DNA of 64,000 bases from an uncultured archaeon (GCA_963782915.1 CAWALK010000019.1:96001-160000); one strand, 5' to 3'. Shown: positions 39,169-50,438, counted from the first letter of the stretch. Notes: generated from the letters alone by a model not told the origin. Translations and numbers: made by a program.

Positions 39169-41937
39169 TTGGAAAAAGCAGCATCTAAGCCGATTGAAGG
39201 GGTTTTCGAGGACCTACAAACATCACCCGAAGGTCTGTCAAGTCAAGAGGCTAAACTACGTCTCAAAAAATATGGTTATAACAAATTGTCTGAACGCAGA
39301 CAACTTCCATTCATAAACAAATTCATCAAGCATCTTCGAGATCTCTTTGGTATACTATTGATTTTCGCAGCTATACTATCATTCGCTAGCGATAGCCCTC
39401 AACTGGGTATCATTATTTTGGCAGTAGTTTTCGTTAACATTTTAGTTAGCATGTTCCAAGAATCCCGTGCAGAAAAAGCCATGGCGTCCCTAAAGAGTTG
39501 GATGCCGGAGTACGCTAAAGTTGTCCGCGACGGGCAATTAATAAAGATTCAAGTAAAAGAAATCGTTCCAGGGGACATCATCTCTCTAGAAGAGGGTGAT
39601 CGTGTTCCAGCAGATGCAAGATTAATTGAAGCATTTGACTTATGGACTAACAACGTTCCCTTAACAGGCGAATCTGAGCCGCAACCCCGTGTTGCTGAAG
39701 CAGTTAAAACGGTTGAGAAAGCCTACCTGTACTCTCCTAACTTAGTCTTTATGAGTACCAGTGTGGCAAAAGGTCAGGGTAAAGCTGTTGCTTACGCCAC
39801 AGGTATGGGTACACAGTTTGGTAAAATTGCCAGTTTAACCCAGACAATACAAGAGGAAGATAGCCCACTACAGAAAGAAATTGCGTCTACAGCTAAATTC
39901 GACTTCATAATCGCGGTTGTTGTCGGCGTTGTTTTCTTCGCTGTAAATGCTGTGTTTTTACAGGTTTCTCTCGCTACAAGTTTTCTATTCATGATCGGTG
40001 TAATGGTTGCTTGTGTTCCAGAAGGCTTGCAAGTCACAGTTTCAAGCGCCTTAGCCATTAACGTTCTCAAAATGGTCAAACAGCATGTTCTGGTCAAACG
40101 GTTATCTGCCGTACAAACACTTGGCAGCGTAACCGTAATTTGCACTGATAAAACAGGCACTATCACCAAAGGAGAAATGACAGTTAACAAGCTCTGGGTT
40201 AAAGACAGAGTTGTTGAAGTTTCAGGTTTAGGTTACATGCCAGTGGGCGACTTCACCATAAACGGCCAGTCTCTCCGTGAAGGGGAAACAAAATCGCTTG
40301 ATAAACTCCTTGAAATTGCCGCGTTATGCAACGGCGCAAAAGTTGAGCCTCCATCCGACCGCAACAAGAATTGGAGTGTTATCGGTGACCCAACTGATGG
40401 TGCATTGTTTGTTGCAGCACTAAAGTATGGCCAAGTTGTCGATGAACTAGTTGAAGAGAAACCAACCATCGACATTTTACCGTTTAGCTTTGAACGCAAA
40501 CGCATGAGTACTGTTCACCAAGTTAACGGAAACGTTCTAATCTACACTAAAGGTGCGCCGAGGAACATCCTTGATTTATGCACTCAAATCTATGTTGACG
40601 GCAAAATTGAGCCTCTAACACAGGAATACTTGGATAGCACAGAGAATCGTATCCTTGAATTCGCTAATGAAGGCTTACGCGTTATCGCAATGGCCTTCAA
40701 AGAGATGCCCAAAGATCAATACCACAAGGGCGAAGACGTAGAAAACAACCTCATATTCGTCGGTTTAGCCGGCATGCGTGATCCACCTCGCGTCGAAGTT
40801 AAAGATGCGGTGGAGAAAGCATTTCAGGCTGGTATCCGAACAGTCATAATCACTGGTGACTATGGCCCAACCGCGCAGGTTATCGCACAAGAAGTAGGCA
40901 TCGTGGACAAAATAAGCGGGCATGTAATCCGCGGCGTAGACCTAGACGAATTAGACGATAAAGCCATAGTTGACGAAGTCAAAAAGGGCAATGTAATATT
41001 TGCCAGAGTTGCTCCTGAACAAAAACTCCGCATAGTCAAAGCTCTTAAGAAAAGCGGTGAAATCGTTGCAGTTACGGGCGATGGAGCCAACGATGCCCCC
41101 TCACTCAAAGAAGCAAACATCGGAGTTGCCATGGGTGCTTCAGGAACCGATGTTGCAAGAGAAGCAGCCGACATAGTCCTACTTAATGACAGTTTTGCTT
41201 CAATCGTTAAAGCCGTCGAATCCGGCCGCGCAATCTATGAGAACATCCGCAAATTCATCGTTTACGTATTCGCACATAACTGGGCCGAACTCATCCCCTT
41301 CGTGCTCTACGCATTATTGGGCATTCCTTTGCCGTTGTTGGTGGTGCAGGTTTTAGCTATCGACTTAGCAATCGACGTCATACCCAGTTTAGCTTTGAGC
41401 CGTGAACCACCGGAAGCAGGAATCATGTTGGAACCGCCCAGAAGCATCAAAGAACGCCTCTTTACGCCCAAAGTCTTTGGTCGTTCACTCTACATTGGCA
41501 TAATCATAGCTATAGGCGCAATGATTGGCTGCTTGAATGTTTGGATGGCCGGCGGCTGGCATTATGGCTTGACCCTTGCACCAAACGATCCCATCTACAT
41601 CAAAGGAGTAACCATGACCTTTGCAGGCATAGTTGTTGCTCAAGCAGGAAACGTCTTAGCATGCCGAACCAGCAAACAATCCATCTTCAAAACCAGCTTA
41701 GCCAAGAACAAATGGATAATCTGGGGCATGATTGCACAGCTTTCCATCTTAGCAGTCATCGTCTATGTGCCTCTACTGCAGGGGGTATTCGGAACCACAG
41801 GTTTAGGTTACATGGATTGGTTGTATCTGCTGGGCTTGGCGGTTGCTGTAATTGTAGCTGAGGAAGCAAGAAAACTTATTGTGCGCCGATTCTTCACGCG
41901 AACAGGTGAAGACATCGTCAAACATGACCATACCTAA
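39169..41937 (+). CDS. P-type cation-transporting ATPase (type II, Ca2+/Na+-like)
   Basis: TGES, PEGL, DKTGT, KGAP, DPPR, GDGANDAP. Confidence 0.96.
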   Translation: MEKAASKPIEGVFEDLQTSPEGLSSQEAKLRLKKYGYNKLSERRQLPFINKFIKHLRDLFGILLIFAAILSFASDSPQLGIIILAVVFVNILVSMFQESRAEKAMASLKSWMPEYAKVVRDGQLIKIQVKEIVPGDIISLEEGDRVPADARLIEAFDLWTNNVPLTGESEPQPRVAEAVKTVEKAYLYSPNLVFMSTSVAKGQGKAVAYATGMGTQFGKIASLTQTIQEEDSPLQKEIASTAKFDFIIAVVVGVVFFAVNAVFLQVSLATSFLFMIGVMVACVPEGLQVTVSSALAINVLKMVKQHVLVKRLSAVQTLGSVTVICTDKTGTITKGEMTVNKLWVKDRVVEVSGLGYMPVGDFTINGQSLREGETKSLDKLLEIAALCNGAKVEPPSDRNKNWSVIGDPTDGALFVAALKYGQVVDELVEEKPTIDILPFSFERKRMSTVHQVNGNVLIYTKGAPRNILDLCTQIYVDGKIEPLTQEYLDSTENRILEFANEGLRVIAMAFKEMPKDQYHKGEDVENNLIFVGLAGMRDPPRVEVKDAVEKAFQAGIRTVIITGDYGPTAQVIAQEVGIVDKISGHVIRGVDLDELDDKAIVDEVKKGNVIFARVAPEQKLRIVKALKKSGEIVAVTGDGANDAPSLKEANIGVAMGASGTDVAREAADIVLLNDSFASIVKAVESGRAIYENIRKFIVYVFAHNWAELIPFVLYALLGIPLPLLVVQVLAIDLAIDVIPSLALSREPPEAGIMLEPPRSIKERLFTPKVFGRSLYIGIIIAIGAMIGCLNVWMAGGWHYGLTLAPNDPIYIKGVTMTFAGIVVAQAGNVLACRTSKQSIFKTSLAKNKWIIWGMIAQLSILAVIVYVPLLQGVFGTTGLGYMDWLYLLGLAVAVIVAEEARKLIVRRFFTRTGEDIVKHDHT

Positions 41938-41986
41938 GTTTTTTATTCTTGGGTTTTTTAAAGAAAAGAATGGGTTCCTTATTTCC

Positions 41987-43120
41987 TCAGAATTTAAATT
42001 TTTTGAAAGTGAGGAATAAGGTGGATAGGGTGCCTAAAACTAGGCCGCTTAAGCCAATGTTTGCTGCTGAGTTATCGGCAAATGAGCTTGCACTTGGTGA
42101 TACTGATGGTTCTGGCCCAACGTATTGTGTTGCAGCTACAGCGCCGCCGCAGTACCACACGACTGGTTGATCAGCTGTGATTCCGCCGCCGATTGAAACG
42201 TGATCTATGCCTGCGTTTGCATTGTTTGTTAAGCCTGTAGCACTGAGTGTTTCAACGTTGTCTAAGTAGAAGTGTACTTCGCCGTCGCCTCCGCCTTGTA
42301 TTGCTTTTATTTCGACGAGATACCATTTGTCCGCTGAAACCGTAGAAGACGATGTTAAGTTGTATGATGCGCTATTGTTTGCGAATCCGAAGTTCCAGTA
42401 GCAAGCGCCGTTTTGGTGAACCACACTTAAACCGCAGACTGAGTTAGCTGCGTTATAGTTGGCTTCGATCATTGAATTGTATATGCCTCCTGCGCCGATT
42501 ATATTGCCGTCAGTAGTTGGTAGATTGTCGAAGTAGACGTACCATCGCCAGTAGATTGAGGTGTAGTTTTTGTCAAGCCACTTGTAGAGGTAACCCCAGT
42601 TTCCGTTTGAAGCGGTGTCTGTTGAGCATTGTAGCAGTGAAGAGTTGGTTACTTTTAATTCTACGTCGCTTGCGTCTGTGTGTGTCCATGCGCTCATGTC
42701 TCCTGATTGGAATTTGTCGCTAAATAGGACTGATGTGTTTGGGTCGGGGGATGGCATTGGGCTGGGTGTTGGGATTGGGGTGGTTGTTGGTGTTGGAGTG
42801 GCGGTTGGGTCAGGTGTCGGAGTTGGTGTGGCTGTGGGGGTTGGTGTTGGTGTTTCGGTTGGTTGCGGAGTTGCTGTTGGAGCAACTGTGGGAGCTGGTG
42901 TGGTTTTTGGGGTGGGTTTAGGTGTTGCCGTTGGGGTTGCGGTTGGTTCAGTGGATGGTGTGGAAGTTGGAGTCGAGGTTGGAGTAGGCGTTGGGTCTGG
43001 GTTTGTGTTATTGTTTGTTGATAGTAAACCCATGTTTGATATGACTGCGGCTAAACCGATTGCAACGAATAAAATAACTATGATGCCGATAGCTAGAATA
43101 GATTTCTTTTTTTGTGCCAT
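41987..43120 (-). CDS. Surface protein with PT linker and lectin/LamG-like domain
   Basis: N-terminal TM, long PT repeat, LFSDKFQSG beta-sandwich, C-terminal hydrophobic tail. Confidence 0.8.
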   Translation of the reverse strand: MAQKKKSILAIGIIVILFVAIGLAAVISNMGLLSTNNNTNPDPTPTPTSTPTSTPSTEPTATPTATPKPTPKTTPAPTVAPTATPQPTETPTPTPTATPTPTPDPTATPTPTTTPIPTPSPMPSPDPNTSVLFSDKFQSGDMSAWTHTDASDVELKVTNSSLLQCSTDTASNGNWGYLYKWLDKNYTSIYWRWYVYFDNLPTTDGNIIGAGGIYNSMIEANYNAANSVCGLSVVHQNGACYWNFGFANNSASYNLTSSSTVSADKWYLVEIKAIQGGGDGEVHFYLDNVETLSATGLTNNANAGIDHVSIGGGITADQPVVWYCGGAVAATQYVGPEPSVSPSASSFADNSAANIGLSGLVLGTLSTLFLTFKKFKF

Positions 43121-43288
43121 TTTTTTTTATCTTCCTAAAAAATAGATTAAAAGATAAGGTTAGCAAGCCTTTCTTTTCTAGAAAAATATTGGCAATCGCT
43201 CACTTATTATACTATGTGACAGGCGCATGCCACCAGCAAACGCCCAGTTCACCCAAACTTTTCAGCGCAAACAGGGCAATTGCTAGCG

Positions 43289-43945
43289 TTAAGTTGCTTC
43301 TTTATGGTCTTTTTCTGAGAAGCTAAAGCTTCCGTCCTTGGGATAATACACTATGCCTGGGCAAACCTGCACCTGCGGAAACTCTTTGTATTTACCCTTG
43401 TACTGCGCAACCGTGCCCTCAATCTCTTTCTCCGCTTTCGATAGTTCCTCGTCGCTGCATGTTAGCTTCAATTCACCCAGCAACCCATCCTTAGAATGAG
43501 TACCAATCATCTTGCGACGAAGTGCCCCGCCAGCCATCTTGCGGTAACTATAGCCTTCATAGAGGTAAGGGTCATCTGCAAAGCCCATGGGTCGGAGGGC
43601 TTCTGCGACTGCACTTGGAAGTACCTCCCAATCTGGGTAAGACAGGAACTCGTAGGGTTCGGGTACATCGCCTTTTCGTTTAGGTTTGGGAGTTCGCCAA
43701 ACCCAAGGTTTATGATCAGGAAGTCCACCCGGTCCTAAGGTGGATTGTTCGGTTTCTGGCTCTGCAGAAGATTTTACCATACCCGCCTGCGGCTCAAATA
43801 CATCACCCGACCGCAGGAGAAAACGCAGTGCGCCTTGATCAGGGACATTTGCGGATTCAACCATGCCTAAACCGTTTGCCTTTTGCTCTTTCTGAATCCA
43901 CTTTAATGTTTCTTTTGCCCGTTCAGAGATTGGTTTTTCTGACAT
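43289..43945 (-). CDS. Hypothetical protein
   Basis: 218-aa ORF; no family recognised. Confidence 0.6.
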   Translation of the reverse strand: MSEKPISERAKETLKWIQKEQKANGLGMVESANVPDQGALRFLLRSGDVFEPQAGMVKSSAEPETEQSTLGPGGLPDHKPWVWRTPKPKRKGDVPEPYEFLSYPDWEVLPSAVAEALRPMGFADDPYLYEGYSYRKMAGGALRRKMIGTHSKDGLLGELKLTCSDEELSKAEKEIEGTVAQYKGKYKEFPQVQVCPGIVYYPKDGSFSFSEKDHKEAT

Positions 43946-44000
43946 TTGGTTGCCCCGCGTGCTTTCTTTGCTATGTTGAGTCTTTTGTGGATTTGATTAT

Positions 44001-45119
44001 CTAAAAGTTTCCTTTACTAGAAGGCAAGGTAGGGGCTGCTTCTTTGTTTTTTCTAAGATATAGCACTAAAATCACAACGGCTACTACTATGATAAAGATT
44101 AGAGTTGCAAGTGGTGCCAAGGCGCTTAAAAGTAAGGGCAAAAGCAGAAAATCTAAGGGGTCAAAATTCAGAGGGTACGCATAATTATACGCTCCCACGA
44201 CTGCGCCATCGTTCGCCCATACCCAGACTCCGACGCCCTGCAGTCCAGGCGTAGGCATGTTACTTATGTTGAATTGGATGTTCCAGAGTGGATAGAGCGT
44301 ATTATTTTCTTTAACGGTGGTCTGCAATGCGGTTTGGTATACGCCTGTAACGTTTAGGTTTGAGACCCTTACGGTTGTTCCGTTACCGAAGGTGGTGTTG
44401 AATGAGTAGTTTTTTAGGTATTTTTCGGCGATGCCTATGGCTTGCTCCTTGGAGACGTTAATGTTGACGTCTCCGATTTTTTGGGATTGCCGATTGTCAT
44501 TGAAATTAAAGTTCTCTATTTTGTTACCATATGAAATGGTTATGCCGGTGTATTGGGCTCCGTTGAAAGTGTTGAGGAAACTGTAGGTTGTTATGATGTC
44601 GGTGGATTGAATTGTTAATGTCAAATTGTCTGAGGCTTCGGTGGCGTTTTTTTCTGAGCCTACCTTCTCCAGCAGCGTTATCATTTCTTGGACTTGAGGG
44701 TCATTTGTGTAACTCTGGTATCGCTCCATAAAACCCAAAGTTGCATTGAACTGGTTTGTGCCGGGCGCTGCATAAGGTAAACCGGCTGATCCGGGTGATA
44801 GACTGCAATACCGTACGCTGTTATTGTAGAAGTTGAAGCCTGCGATGATGTGGTATATTGAGTCAGAGAATGATGCGTTTTTAGCATCAAGGTTCAAACT
44901 TATGTGGTTCCCTGAAGTGTACTGTTGATTTACACTTACTGCATAGGTTGTTAAATCCAGTTGAACAACATCGGTAAGAAAAGCTAAAGCCTTATCCTTT
45001 AAAGAAGATTCTACCGCCTGAGCCTTCGAGGTTTGCATAAAAACCGGAGCAGATAATAGAAGAACCAACAAGATAACGGATAGTTGTTTGTATCGGCACA
45101 TATTTACTGTATTTTTCAT
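44001..45119 (-). CDS. Secreted/membrane-anchored hypothetical protein (PepSY-like segment)
   Basis: Signal peptide, VSKEQAIGIAE...WVWANDG, C-terminal TM. Confidence 0.8.
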   Translation of the reverse strand: MKNTVNMCRYKQLSVILLVLLLSAPVFMQTSKAQAVESSLKDKALAFLTDVVQLDLTTYAVSVNQQYTSGNHISLNLDAKNASFSDSIYHIIAGFNFYNNSVRYCSLSPGSAGLPYAAPGTNQFNATLGFMERYQSYTNDPQVQEMITLLEKVGSEKNATEASDNLTLTIQSTDIITTYSFLNTFNGAQYTGITISYGNKIENFNFNDNRQSQKIGDVNINVSKEQAIGIAEKYLKNYSFNTTFGNGTTVRVSNLNVTGVYQTALQTTVKENNTLYPLWNIQFNISNMPTPGLQGVGVWVWANDGAVVGAYNYAYPLNFDPLDFLLLPLLLSALAPLATLIFIIVVAVVILVLYLRKNKEAAPTLPSSKGNF

Positions 45120-45218
45120 TCCAACCCTGCCCGGACTTCTGTTATGCCTGCAAGAAGGATTTAAGATTTAAGATTATAGCTAGCAACCCCTCTAATACGC
45201 CGATTAAAAAACAAGCCA

Positions 45219-45824
45219 TTATAGTCCGTTTATGTTTGAGTCTTTAAGGTTAAATTCTATGGTATAGGTTTGATTTTCGAAAGCGGTAGTATAGACAATT
45301 CTTAGGGGCCACTGAAGATCTTTGTCTATATAGTAGGTGGCGTTTATTGCTTCGTTAGTGTAATCGTAGGCTATGCAGTCTCGATCTCCAATGCTTTTGA
45401 CATTTATTGTCGTGTTGTAGGTTTTTGCTAGGGTTTCGCCTTTGGGTTGAAAGTTTATGTTTGTTTTGTTAACCCAATAGGTGGTTTGGTCGGTTAATGT
45501 TGGCGCGAAGGATGTTGCGATTGTTGAGTCGGTCTGGATTTGTATGTGGGTGGCGTTTAAGTCAGTAACTTGTATTTTTGCATCAATGCTGCAAGGTATA
45601 GAAAGAGATTCTATTTGGCCTTCGTATGTGGCATAGGCGCCTTTAAACATCCAAGACTCAGGCATGCTTTGCTGATTACCCTCAATAGGTCGGTATCCAT
45701 ATATCAGAACCAATAATGCAATAACTAGAACGATTGTGCACCCAACAATAATCCGGCTTTTTCCCATACTAAGCATGGATTGAATTGTGTTAAAAGAGTT
45801 TTCGCGTTTTTGACTGTTCTTCAT
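45219..45824 (-). CDS. Membrane-anchored hypothetical protein
   Basis: N-terminal TM; WMFKGAYATY, YYIDK. Confidence 0.75.
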   Translation of the reverse strand: MKNSQKRENSFNTIQSMLSMGKSRIIVGCTIVLVIALLVLIYGYRPIEGNQQSMPESWMFKGAYATYEGQIESLSIPCSIDAKIQVTDLNATHIQIQTDSTIATSFAPTLTDQTTYWVNKTNINFQPKGETLAKTYNTTINVKSIGDRDCIAYDYTNEAINATYYIDKDLQWPLRIVYTTAFENQTYTIEFNLKDSNINGL

Positions 45825-46021
45825 CCAAGTTTTATTTGAGCAAAAACGCCTTACATGTCAATCTGTTATGTTAATCGCTTAAACAAATACAAGTAACAAG
45901 AGAAAAAGCATTACCCTTGTTACTACACGAAGAGTTCACAACCCTTTTTATTTTCGCATCTTCTGTTAACCTCTGCCAGCATTCCAAGTGTTCATATACA
46001 ACCACCCCAAGGGGCGAAATC

Positions 46022-46738
46022 ATGGTTGGAAAAATACTTGTAGATTTACTCCTTCTAACAATCGTGGTTTCATTGACTCTTCCAACAGTTCAGGACTTTT
46101 CCAATTTCGTTAACGATGCTTCAAAACAAATACAAACATTCACAAACGGAGTCTACAATTGGGCAAACGATGTCTATAATGAAATAGCTAAAAAAACACC
46201 GATAACCCCTACGCCGCATCCAACACCTACTCCAACAATAAAACCTACCCCAACTCCTACGGTAAAACCAACTCCCAAACCGACCTTTTCCCCAACACCC
46301 ACTCCAACAATTAATCCAAGCCCTTCTACCATACCGGCTATTCCACCTGACGTCGTTGCAACGGGCACTCCTACACCGACGTCAAAACCCCCAGCGTCTC
46401 CTACTCCAAATTCCTCACCAACCCCAACCCCAATTACAGAACCACAAATCACTCCAACCGTACCCACACCATCGCCAACAGAGACAACAACGCCAACTCA
46501 AACACCAACCCAACAAACAACTCCCAAACCCCCAACCAATACCCCTAACCCATCGATTTCTAACCCAACACCAAATGAAACTCAACCCCCACTGCCTAAC
46601 AGAGGAATAACTGACTTGCAGACAGCGCTAGTAATTGCTGTAACTATGATTATTGGCGTAACAATAGCACTTACTTTTTTCCTAAAGAGTCGTCAAAAAA
46701 CAGAGGACCCGTCAATTCCTGATGGTATTGAAGTTTAG
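46022..46738 (+). CDS. Pro/Thr-rich membrane-anchored surface protein
   Basis: Signal/TM, long PT-rich stalk, C-terminal TM. Confidence 0.75.
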   Translation: MVGKILVDLLLLTIVVSLTLPTVQDFSNFVNDASKQIQTFTNGVYNWANDVYNEIAKKTPITPTPHPTPTPTIKPTPTPTVKPTPKPTFSPTPTPTINPSPSTIPAIPPDVVATGTPTPTSKPPASPTPNSSPTPTPITEPQITPTVPTPSPTETTTPTQTPTQQTTPKPPTNTPNPSISNPTPNETQPPLPNRGITDLQTALVIAVTMIIGVTIALTFFLKSRQKTEDPSIPDGIEV

Positions 46739-46980
46739 AATTGGTTGAAAAGAAAAATCAGGGACAAAATGTTACGGTTATGCATTGTGGGTGTATACGG
46801 GAGCGTTTTTAGACAGATTCCAAGCGGTTCGATGGGCTTAGGAGGCAAAGAACCTGTGGTTTTAGTAAAAATGCTAAATTGCTATGGAAATACCTAATTA
46901 AAATGCAATAAACTCTAGCTCCTATTTGGTGTATTTATCGGTAAGTATTTATAGTTGTATCTACCCAAGAATTACCTTAT

Positions 46981-47099
46981 GGTAGATGCCTAAGAACAAG
47001 GGCAATGAGGGATAAACTTGGCGTAACTGACTCTTCTTAGAGTCACTTTAGCTTTTTATCTCCGACCTGCGAAGTCTTGCCCCCTCTTAGGCTTCTATC
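46981..47099 (+). ncRNA. Candidate structured non-coding RNA
   Basis: Five nested stems plus a side hairpin; TTTATA at 46948-46953; no ORF. Confidence 0.55.
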
Positions 47100-47315
47100 G
47101 CTTTAGCCCTTCTTCCGCCATTTAGCTATTTAAGAATTATTAACATGAACATGATTAGTGCTCTTGGGCGTGGCGTTGCTGACAAAAAAGCATTGCCAAT
47201 CGAAAATGATAGGAAAAAGGCAATAAAAGTGACTAAAGGATAGAACTAATTATCGCAGTATTTCCCAAAATAATTATTAAAAAACCTTGAAAATATCCCG
47301 ATCATATTAAGTTTG

Positions 47316-48081
47316 TCAACTTGTCTTTTCAATCTCTAAAGTAGCAACGTACTCCATATTTTTCGGTGGACTTTTGAGGTTTGAACGGTCAAAGACGAAC
47401 TTGGTCTTTAAACCCTTTCGTTTCTGCTGCAAGATGAAGATGGCAAAGAGCAATGCCCATATTGACTGGATAGTAACTTCCGCCCAACATAGTTCTAAGA
47501 AAGCCAGATTTAGCGGAGTAGGCATGAATTTCATTCCGGTTGCCTGTAAAGTACCAGTTCTGTACGTTAACGGCAGATGGAGCAAGACGAACTGGCTCTA
47601 ACAATTCGTCGGCACCGTCAATGTCTGTTATATCCGAAAGGGATTGTCTTTTGAACTCGGTAGCGGCGGTTCTGTATAATGTTTCCTTGGCCTTCCCGAA
47701 CGACATTAGAATTACAAATTCTAGGTTCGAAGATTCTGTTACTTCTTTGGTTGGTTGTGGAATGCCCAGCCAACAGCTGCCCAATCCAATGGCTGAAAAG
47801 TAGAGATCCATTTGTTGAAGCATATACCCAATGTTAACTTTGTAGAATTCTTTGGCTTCTGCGAAAGCTGCAATGTAATGGGGTGCATTGATTCTGAGTT
47901 TTCTTGTTACCTGATTTGGCGAAAGAATCTTGAACTCTGTCTTGATTCCAGTTAACATCGGATTTAATGAGTTTAGGTTTTCTGAAATCTGTTTTAGGAG
48001 GTTTTGATCGATTGTAGCTGAATCATAATTTCTGATTGACTTTCGTTTAAAAATAGCTTCATAAAGATTATCCCCTTTCAT
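47316..48081 (-). CDS. Nitroreductase family protein (C-terminal frameshift near 47410)
   Basis: AIFKRKSIRNY, GLGSCWLG, RLAPSAVNVQNW, MGIALCH. Confidence 0.88.
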
Positions 48082-48230
48082 TTTCTTACTCTCAAATAAT
48101 TGTCAAGTTAGCAATGGTAAAAGCTTTGCCTATCTGACGGCGCCGAAAATTCCCTTATAATTACAGCCCAATTCACCATAGGCAAAAAAGTTAAGTCGCC
48201 TAAAAAGAAATTTAGTTAATAGTGATAATT

Positions 48231-48635
48231 ATGGCAAAGAGCAATTTGGCGAAAGATAGATCCCCCTCAGAGCTAATTGATGCGAGAATCAAAGAATTGG
48301 GCGACTGGCGTGGAGAGACGTTAGCAAAAGTGCGCCAGTTCATCAAGGAGGCGGACCCGGAGGTAGTTGAAGAATGGAAGTGGGTAAAACCAACCAATCC
48401 CGGGACTCCAGTTTGGTCCCATAACGGCGGCATCTGTACAGGAGAGACCTACAAAAGTGCGGTTAAGTTCACTTTCTTCAAAGGTGCTTCACTGGCGGAT
48501 CCTTCTCATCTGTTTGATCAGCCTGGGACCGTCAGACGCGCAATTGACATACATGAAGGGGACAAGATTGACGAGGCCGCTTTTAAGAACCTCATTCGTG
48601 CCGCTGTGGAATTAAACACTCACAAGACTCCATAG
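48231..48635 (+). CDS. DUF1801 (YdhG-like) protein
   Basis: DWRGETL...ADPEVVEEWKW..GTPVWSH...FFKGASLADP. Confidence 0.88.
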   Translation: MAKSNLAKDRSPSELIDARIKELGDWRGETLAKVRQFIKEADPEVVEEWKWVKPTNPGTPVWSHNGGICTGETYKSAVKFTFFKGASLADPSHLFDQPGTVRRAIDIHEGDKIDEAAFKNLIRAAVELNTHKTP

Positions 48636-48806
48636 CGCTAAACCCGTTACTATTCTCAATTTTCTCAGGGTTTTCTAAAGATCGTTTTGACTTTAAGACC
48701 GCGCTATTAGTCATTTGTTGAGACTATTCAGAGTGGGATAGAGATAAAATCACACACGCGATGGCTCAAGATATAAGGTTGAACGCACAAGGAGAACAAG
48801 AAAACC

Positions 48807-49799
48807 ATGCCCAACCCATCCGCGCAAACCATCTGGAACCTGAACGCACCCCAACTTATGGCGCTGCTTGATTCAGGCAGCCTCAAACCGCTTAGCAGCA
48901 CAATCCGCTTCTATGCGCCAAGCTTTAGCTACTACAAAACCAAACATTTCTGTTCTTCAACCAAAGCGTTCCCGACAATCTCAGTCACGGGCAACAGTTG
49001 CGCTTTGAACTGCAAACATTGCGGCGGAAAAGTCCTTGAAACCATGCATCCTGCGCTCTCTCCATCAGAATTGTTCGATTTAGGCTCAAAACTCAAAGAT
49101 GAAGGCGCAAAAGGAGTGCTAGTAAGCGGCGGATGCACCCCTGATGGTTCCGTGCCAATCGAGGGGTTCTTGCCTGTTTTGGCTCAGTTCAAGCGTGAAC
49201 TCGGCTTGACCGTTTTTATCCATACGGGAATAATAGGCAAGAAAGTCGCTGTTGGGCTCAAGGAAGCGGGGGTTGATGCGGCTTTGATTGATGTTATCGG
49301 TTCAGAAGCGACTTTGCATAGAACCCTTAACCTTAACGTCGGCGTGGAAGATTATGGCAAATCACTGCAAGCATTAAGCGCAGCTAAACTCAACGTTGTC
49401 CCCCATGTCATCGTGGGATTAAACGATGGCAAACTCGACGGCGAACTCCAAGCCCTCCAAACCATCGCCGACATATCCGCACCCTCTGCACTTGTGATCA
49501 TCGCCTTCATGCCCATTCACGGAACAGAAATGGAAAACATCCCACCGCCCAAACCCATAGACATCGCAAAAGTAGCCGCGACCGCACGAACCATGTTCCC
49601 CAATGTCCCGCTGCTGCTTGGGTGCATGCGGCCAAAAGGAAAAAACCGCAGCCAAACCGACGTTTATGCGCTAAAAGCGGGTGTGGACGGCATAGCTTTT
49701 CCAAGCGATGAGGCGGTTGAATATGCCAAAAACAAGGGGTACCAAACGGCTTATTCCTCCTATTGCTGTGCCCAGATGTGCCTTGATTTTATCGAGTAA
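48807..49799 (+). CDS. Radical SAM protein, LipS1-type lipoyl synthase subunit
   Basis: ISVTGNSCALNCKHCG, GCMR and C-terminal CC motifs. Confidence 0.75.
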   Translation: MPNPSAQTIWNLNAPQLMALLDSGSLKPLSSTIRFYAPSFSYYKTKHFCSSTKAFPTISVTGNSCALNCKHCGGKVLETMHPALSPSELFDLGSKLKDEGAKGVLVSGGCTPDGSVPIEGFLPVLAQFKRELGLTVFIHTGIIGKKVAVGLKEAGVDAALIDVIGSEATLHRTLNLNVGVEDYGKSLQALSAAKLNVVPHVIVGLNDGKLDGELQALQTIADISAPSALVIIAFMPIHGTEMENIPPPKPIDIAKVAATARTMFPNVPLLLGCMRPKGKNRSQTDVYALKAGVDGIAFPSDEAVEYAKNKGYQTAYSSYCCAQMCLDFIE

Positions 49800-49815
49800 A
49801 CATTTCAACCGAAGA

Positions 49816-50415
49816 TTAAGCGTTTTTTGTCTTGAGCATTTTTGTGGCAAGCACAATTGCCCAAACAGAAACAGCCAAATCAGACACGGTTTCAGGAATG
49901 GCCACATCAGGCACATAGTAGAGCGTGAATTCCAGTATCCACGGCAAAGCCGCTACCACACCGATTGCAACCGTGAAAGCTGCCAAACCATGTTGACTTT
50001 TGAGATAGAACGCGCATGTTAAGATGAAAAGGGCAATTGGCCCCAAAGTAAAGAATGCGACTGAAACCAAATAGTGGGTGGGTGAATAGTTTTCGTTGAA
50101 GATGGCGATGCAGACAAGAGCTATGGTTGCGGCGCCAAAGACTGCGGAGCCCAACTTGCCAACACAACTTTCACTGAAAAGACAGCGCAAGCCGGCGATT
50201 GCAAATATTAGCCCCAAAAACCCCGCTGTGAAGAGCCCAAAATTGAAGATTAAGCGTGTAGCTCCTGGAACAATGCCGAGGTCACTTAAGGCGTTGTTAG
50301 CCCAGCTAAACTCATTGTATGAAGCGATGGCTGAGAAGATGCAGATGAATGCAACGATTGGCGCTAAAAATCCGGCGGCTGCTCCAATCCGCAATAAAGT
50401 CGGCATAGTTACCAT
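49816..50415 (-). CDS. DUF998 membrane protein
   Basis: FSWANNALSDLG, IFNFGL, H..VS..FF, AIPE. Confidence 0.85.
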   Translation of the reverse strand: MVTMPTLLRIGAAAGFLAPIVAFICIFSAIASYNEFSWANNALSDLGIVPGATRLIFNFGLFTAGFLGLIFAIAGLRCLFSESCVGKLGSAVFGAATIALVCIAIFNENYSPTHYLVSVAFFTLGPIALFILTCAFYLKSQHGLAAFTVAIGVVAALPWILEFTLYYVPDVAIPETVSDLAVSVWAIVLATKMLKTKNA

Positions 50416-50438
50416 TAACTGTGAAGTGGCTTGTTGCT

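Noticed and set aside
42615-43145. Gly/Val-repeat ORFs (also 46174-46467)
   Set aside because: Antisense shadows of the Pro/Thr-repeat genes
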